Notes under the pieces: model-generated | What the model saw: only the letters and a program-made list of their open reading frames with translations | What the model was told of the DNA's origin: nothing | Database searches by the model: none | From: Candidatus Latescibacterota bacterium | GTDB taxonomy: Bacteria; Latescibacterota; UBA2968; GCA-2709665 | DNA length: 64,000 nucleotides | NCBI GenBank assembly: GCA_965116875.1 | Contig: OZ220733.1 | Location: 4,032,001-4,096,000, forward strand | Reading direction: 5' to 3' | Translations under genes and position numbers: made by a program | In this document: positions 59,558 through 64,000 of the stretch, piece by piece | Position numbering within the stretch: position 1 is the stretch's first letter | Layout: each line of letters begins with the position of its first letter

Positions 59558-62095
59558 ATGGTCGGATCCTCTATGTCGAAAGATGCGCTATACGTCGTTC
59601 CCTTCTCGCGGTTGACGCTCTTCGGGATGGGCAGCAAAGAGGCCTGTCTGTCCCGCGGCGCGCAGATCATCTCTCAGGATCTTCGTCTGCTGGAGACCCG
59701 GGACGATTTCAGACTCCTGATTGAGAATTCGGTCCACCTGAGCGCTTTTCTCAAGATTTATCCCGAGGCTTCGGAGCGGATCCGTGCCGGGATTTCCTCG
59801 GGGCGCCTGGAATTGGGGGCCGCGTGGACCCAGATGGATCACCGGTTGTCCGCCGGCGAAGACCTCGTGCGAAATCTGATTTACGGCAAAGCCTTCGCTC
59901 ACGACGTGCTGGGCGCGGACCCTGAGGTCGTGAGTCTGGGAGACGGCGACGGCACAGCTTCTCAATACGTGCAGGTGGCCTCCGGATGCGGAGTCAGAAC
60001 AGTGGTACTGACGGGAGGCGGCTGGAGGCAGCCGGTTCTCTTCCGCTGGCGGGGGCCGGACGGTTCGGCGCTGGTCTGCTGGAACGGAACCGTGGGCGGC
60101 CGGTTGCTCTGGGAAGCAATTCGTGGAACGCCGCAGGCGAGGCGGGCTGCAACCGAGGCCATCGCCGAACAGCGACGGAAGTACGGAGGGAAGCTGCCGC
60201 TGCATTGGGGAGGACCGATGGTCCAAAGGAGCGAATCGGTCCTTGCGGAACTGACCGAGTGGGCGGAAGCCGAAGCGGTCGCCGTTGAACTGGGGACGCC
60301 ATCGGGAGCCATCCCGGGTTCCGCGCCTGAGCGGCGACTCGAGGAGATGCACGCCTGGATTCCGCCGGCGGGTCCGCCCCTCGAGCCGGTTTTTCCGGAC
60401 ACCGCGCCATTGAACGATACGGCCGTCTGCGCGCTGTCGCGCGCGGAACAGACGTCGGCAATGGCGGTTACGATTTCCTCGTTCGTGTATCCCGGGGCCG
60501 CCCTGGAAGCGGCGTGGCTCAAGCAACTCGAGGCGGCGTCGTACCGGTACGACGGCGCGGCCGCACGGGAGGGCCTGACGCGAAGGCGCAGCGACCAGCG
60601 GGCGGTGATTGCGACAGCGGCAGATATTGCGCGCGAAGCCGAAGTGAACATCGCGGAGAGGGTGATCCCCCGCGACGGTCCCGAAGGCAGAATGCCCATC
60701 GTGGTATTCAATCCGCTTTCATGGCCGAGAACCGACCTGGTGGAGGTACATGCCACGTTTTACGGAGCGGTGGAGGGGACCGACTTTTCCCGGTTTGAGA
60801 GGTACAAACTGGTGGATGCGTCGGGTCGAACCGTGCCGTTCCAGGAACTCGCGGGCAGACAGACGGAGACCGCCGAGGTACGTCTGATCTTCGTGGCGCG
60901 GCAGGTTCCGGCCAACGGATACGCCACCTGGTATCTCATACCAGGCGTTTTGGAAGCGCAGCCGCTTGTGGGCATCCAGCAGCCGGAGATGATGGCGCCG
61001 GGGCAGATGGCGCCAGAATTCCCTGAGCCCAGTTTCGTCCTTGAAGACGTAGAGGACCGCGTGTCCGAAGCATTCGGAGGCGTGCGGATCGGCCGCCGTT
61101 TCAGGGCGGCTTTCTTTGACCTCGAAGTTGACGAAATCACCGGGCGTGTGCGCGTTTCTGACAGAGTTGCGGACGTACCGCTGGTCGACGGAATCCATCT
61201 CATCGGTTCGGAAGACGCGCTGACCGACCGGGATGCCGTTACCGGCAGGCGGTTCGAGATGGCGGTTGAACGCGTCGATCTCGAAGAGAGCGGCGAGGTG
61301 CGGGCGACGGTGCTTGTGGCCGGGAAGCTGTTGTCGTCCCCCTGTGAGATCAGGTACCGGCTGTACGGTGCGCTGGACAGGGTGGACGTGGACCTCCGGC
61401 TCGAGTGGCGTGATCGGAAACCGGTACGGGTGCAGATGGTCTTTCCGGTTGCCGGGGGCACAATCAGGTATGGAACCCCGTACGGGCATCAGAAACTGGA
61501 GTGCGGCCCGGACGAGGCTGATTCCCGGCGTATCTGCCAGGGTTGGGTGGCGGTGGACGGACCCGATTGTGGATTCGTGCTTGCGTCGGACCGGAAGGCC
61601 TTTCAGTTCGGCCCCGGAGAAATGCGCGGAGAGGTCCTGCATTCCGGACTCGATCCGGCGTCGTATTCCTACAACGTCATCTGGCGCGGGTTTTCGGAAG
61701 CGGTGACGTGCAGGTATTCCATTCGGGCCTATCCGGGCGACTACGCCCGGGGAAACGCCTTCCAGGACGGTTGGAACCTCCGCCAGGGGCTGAACGCAAG
61801 GGTCGTGTATGACCTGGTTTCGGAGAAGTCATTGCCGGATCGCATGCAGTTCGTCACCCTCGAGGGCTCCGGGATTGTATGTGCGACGATAAAACAGGCA
61901 GAGGACGGCGACGGACTGATTCTGCGTGCGTACGAAACCGTCGGTAAACCCGGCGAAGGCCGGTTGGTCACAGGCCGCAACATCGTCTCCATTCACGAAA
62001 CGGACCTGATGGAACGCCGCGTTCGGGAACTGGATAGCGACGCCATCGGGTTCGCCCCCTTCGAAATCAAGACCCTTCGGGTCGTATTGAACTGA
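59558..62095 (+). CDS. GH38 (alpha-mannosidase)-fold protein with degenerate active site
   Basis: GEDLVRNL, FRWRGPDGS, VFNPLSWPR, VPANGY, IKQAEDGDG-LRAYE, PFEIKT. Confidence 0.8.
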   Translation: MVGSSMSKDALYVVPFSRLTLFGMGSKEACLSRGAQIISQDLRLLETRDDFRLLIENSVHLSAFLKIYPEASERIRAGISSGRLELGAAWTQMDHRLSAGEDLVRNLIYGKAFAHDVLGADPEVVSLGDGDGTASQYVQVASGCGVRTVVLTGGGWRQPVLFRWRGPDGSALVCWNGTVGGRLLWEAIRGTPQARRAATEAIAEQRRKYGGKLPLHWGGPMVQRSESVLAELTEWAEAEAVAVELGTPSGAIPGSAPERRLEEMHAWIPPAGPPLEPVFPDTAPLNDTAVCALSRAEQTSAMAVTISSFVYPGAALEAAWLKQLEAASYRYDGAAAREGLTRRRSDQRAVIATAADIAREAEVNIAERVIPRDGPEGRMPIVVFNPLSWPRTDLVEVHATFYGAVEGTDFSRFERYKLVDASGRTVPFQELAGRQTETAEVRLIFVARQVPANGYATWYLIPGVLEAQPLVGIQQPEMMAPGQMAPEFPEPSFVLEDVEDRVSEAFGGVRIGRRFRAAFFDLEVDEITGRVRVSDRVADVPLVDGIHLIGSEDALTDRDAVTGRRFEMAVERVDLEESGEVRATVLVAGKLLSSPCEIRYRLYGALDRVDVDLRLEWRDRKPVRVQMVFPVAGGTIRYGTPYGHQKLECGPDEADSRRICQGWVAVDGPDCGFVLASDRKAFQFGPGEMRGEVLHSGLDPASYSYNVIWRGFSEAVTCRYSIRAYPGDYARGNAFQDGWNLRQGLNARVVYDLVSEKSLPDRMQFVTLEGSGIVCATIKQAEDGDGLILRAYETVGKPGEGRLVTGRNIVSIHETDLMERRVRELDSDAIGFAPFEIKTLRVVLN

Positions 62096-62222
62096 CGTCC
62101 GTCGAACAGGAGGCGGCCAGCGCCGTTCCCCGCAGGACCGGCAGGGTGCGGTGCACAACTTGCCGGCATGCTTCCAGTCAAACCCCTGAGGAACGTACGA
62201 TCATACGGAGGAGGTGTCTCCC

Positions 62223-62951
62223 ATGGCGAACATCGAGGTGCCGGTACGTTTTTACAAGGACTATCCCGGCGGTTACGAATACGGATACGAGGATCTGAAA
62301 TTGCCGTTCGAGCGGTGCTGTTTCCTCCTTGTGGACGTGGATGGCGCCTATTCATACAAGGGTGAAAGAGTGCCGCATCCGACAACGCGAAACTGCATTG
62401 CGCCCGCCCTCGAAGCGGCCAGAGCAGCAGGAATGAAAGTCGCTTATGTGCACAACGACCTGAGGCTGGTGGCGGACCCGGGTTGTATTGCGGGCCAGTT
62501 CTGGAGCAGAACCAAAGTGCCCAACGGCGACGTGATGGAGAGCTGGACGAAACGGCCGGACTATGAACCGGTCTACGTGGATTGCGTGGCGCCCCGCCCG
62601 GGCGAGCCGAATTTCCCCAAATGGATGTGGAGCGGATTTCGCGATACGTTTCTCGATCAGAGGCTGCGTTCCTGGGGCATCGAGAATCTGTTTGTGGTGG
62701 GTTACAGCCGCCGGGCGTGCCTGCACTATACGTGCGCGGAGGCGATGGGACACAATTATCGTGTGATCCTCTTGCGTGACTGTTCCAATCCGCCCGGAGA
62801 AATCGAGTTTCCGGATACCCTGGACGACAGCCTGCCGGAGGGGGGATGGGTGAACCGGATGATGCTCCGCCAGTTCGAGCACCTGATCGGTTTCACCACC
62901 ACGTCCGCCGAGTTCGTGGCCTCGTGTGAAAAACTGGAGAAGCCGGCATGA
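62223..62951 (+). CDS. cysteine hydrolase / isochorismatase family
   Basis: LLVD, K-x2-SGF, G-x4-AC triad; GGAGG RBS. Confidence 0.85.
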   Translation: MANIEVPVRFYKDYPGGYEYGYEDLKLPFERCCFLLVDVDGAYSYKGERVPHPTTRNCIAPALEAARAAGMKVAYVHNDLRLVADPGCIAGQFWSRTKVPNGDVMESWTKRPDYEPVYVDCVAPRPGEPNFPKWMWSGFRDTFLDQRLRSWGIENLFVVGYSRRACLHYTCAEAMGHNYRVILLRDCSNPPGEIEFPDTLDDSLPEGGWVNRMMLRQFEHLIGFTTTSAEFVASCEKLEKPA

Positions 62952-64000
62952 AAATCCGGGACATCGACTCGATCTTGATCAACTCGCCCGGCCGGAAGTG
63001 GACAATCGTACGGGTGCATACGGACGAAGGGCTGGTGGGACTGGGCGAGGCCACCTACTCGCAGAAAGAGCCGGTGGTGGTTTCCGCCCTCGAACATATG
63101 AAGCGGGAACTCGTGGGGGAAGATGCGTCCCGGATCGAGTACCTTTGGCACAAGATCTACCGGATTTCGTCGATCAGCGGCATCTGGCGGATGGTGGGTC
63201 CGGTCTGGATGAGCGCCCTGAGCGGAATCGATCAGGCCCTGTGGGACCTTAAAGGGAAGGCTGCGAACCTCCCGCTGGTGGAGTTGCTGGGAGGAAGATT
63301 CCGTGACAGGGTACGTGTGTATACACATTTCGGCGGCGCGACACCGGAAGCGTCGGCGAAGCACGCCAGGTTCTGGGCGGACAGGGGATACCGGGCGCTG
63401 AAGACCGGTGCGCGATCGAATACCGGGCGCCCCTTCGAGTTCTACCTGGACGACGGCGCACCGGACGAAACGGCGGCGGTTTTCGCTGCCGCCAGGGAAG
63501 CGGTTGGTCCGGACGTGGACCTTCTGGTAGACTGTCACGGACGGTTTACGGTTGGAGGGGCCGTCCGGCTGGCCCGCGCGCTGGAACCCTATGGTCTGTT
63601 CTGTTTTGAAGACCCGGTTCCTCCCGAAGACCTCTCCGCATATCCGAAAGTGAGAAGCCGGACTTCCATTCCAATTATGGGCAGCGAACGGCTGAACACC
63701 AAGACACAGTACCGGCAACTGCTGGAACTGGATGGAATCGATATCGCGCAGCCCGACCTCATCTATGCGGGCGGAATCACGGAGGTGAAGAAGATCGCGG
63801 CGATTGCAGATACCTATCACGTTCCGATTTCCTTTCACAATACGAAGGGGCCTGTGGGTATACTGGCTGCAGCCCATCTGCTGGCTTCCATCCCGAACGA
63901 AGCGCCGATGGAGTTTGTCACGGGAATCGAGTGGCGAGATGAGATTCTGGTCGAACCTCTGAAGATCGAAGATGGTTGCCTCGTCGTGCCGGAGGGACCG
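62948..64000 (+). CDS. mandelate racemase/galactonate dehydratase-like enolase superfamily enzyme, 3'-truncated
   Basis: Manually read MKIRDID..TDEGLVGLGE..SGIDQALWDLKGK..VDCHG..FEDP..GSE..QPD..GGITE; ATGA overlap with the upstream stop. Confidence 0.9.
   Translation, partial: MKIRDIDSILINSPGRKWTIVRVHTDEGLVGLGEATYSQKEPVVVSALEHMKRELVGEDASRIEYLWHKIYRISSISGIWRMVGPVWMSALSGIDQALWDLKGKAANLPLVELLGGRFRDRVRVYTHFGGATPEASAKHARFWADRGYRALKTGARSNTGRPFEFYLDDGAPDETAAVFAAAREAVGPDVDLLVDCHGRFTVGGAVRLARALEPYGLFCFEDPVPPEDLSAYPKVRSRTSIPIMGSERLNTKTQYRQLLELDGIDIAQPDLIYAGGITEVKKIAAIADTYHVPISFHNTKGPVGILAAAHLLASIPNEAPMEFVTGIEWRDEILVEPLKIEDGCLVVPEGP

Overview
GC-rich bacterial chromosome window. The L3 motif and tRNA features suggest an FCB-superphylum-like lineage, but this is inference only. 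About 1.6-32.5 kb is the core transcription/translation supercluster: tRNA-Tyr/Gly/Thr, rpmG, tRNA-Trp, secE, nusG, rplKAJL, rpoBC, the str operon and the S10-spc-alpha genes through rplQ. It lacks tufB and adk-map-infA at their usual positions. About 32.5-64 kb holds housekeeping and accessory genes, including a YddW-like hydrolase, rlmD, greA, a DapA-family lyase, adk, a propeller-PP2C sensor, folD, large purL, rbsK, bamD, nadD, zapA, transporters, a GH38-like protein, a cysteine hydrolase and an enolase-superfamily dehydratase. No CRISPR array, rRNA or transposase was seen. The most notable unannotated signals are five. (1) Two families of ~160 bp non-autonomous terminal-inverted-repeat (MITE-like) elements, with a 58 bp deletion derivative and nested mini-palindromes; they often abut stop codons and sit inside the ribosomal operons. 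(2) Non-canonical residues at antibiotic-binding sites of RpoB, S12, S10, L22 and S5. (3) A 43 bp tandem duplication that frameshifts an aldo/keto reductase. (4) A GH38-fold protein lacking its metal ligands. (5) A terminator in the greA leader.
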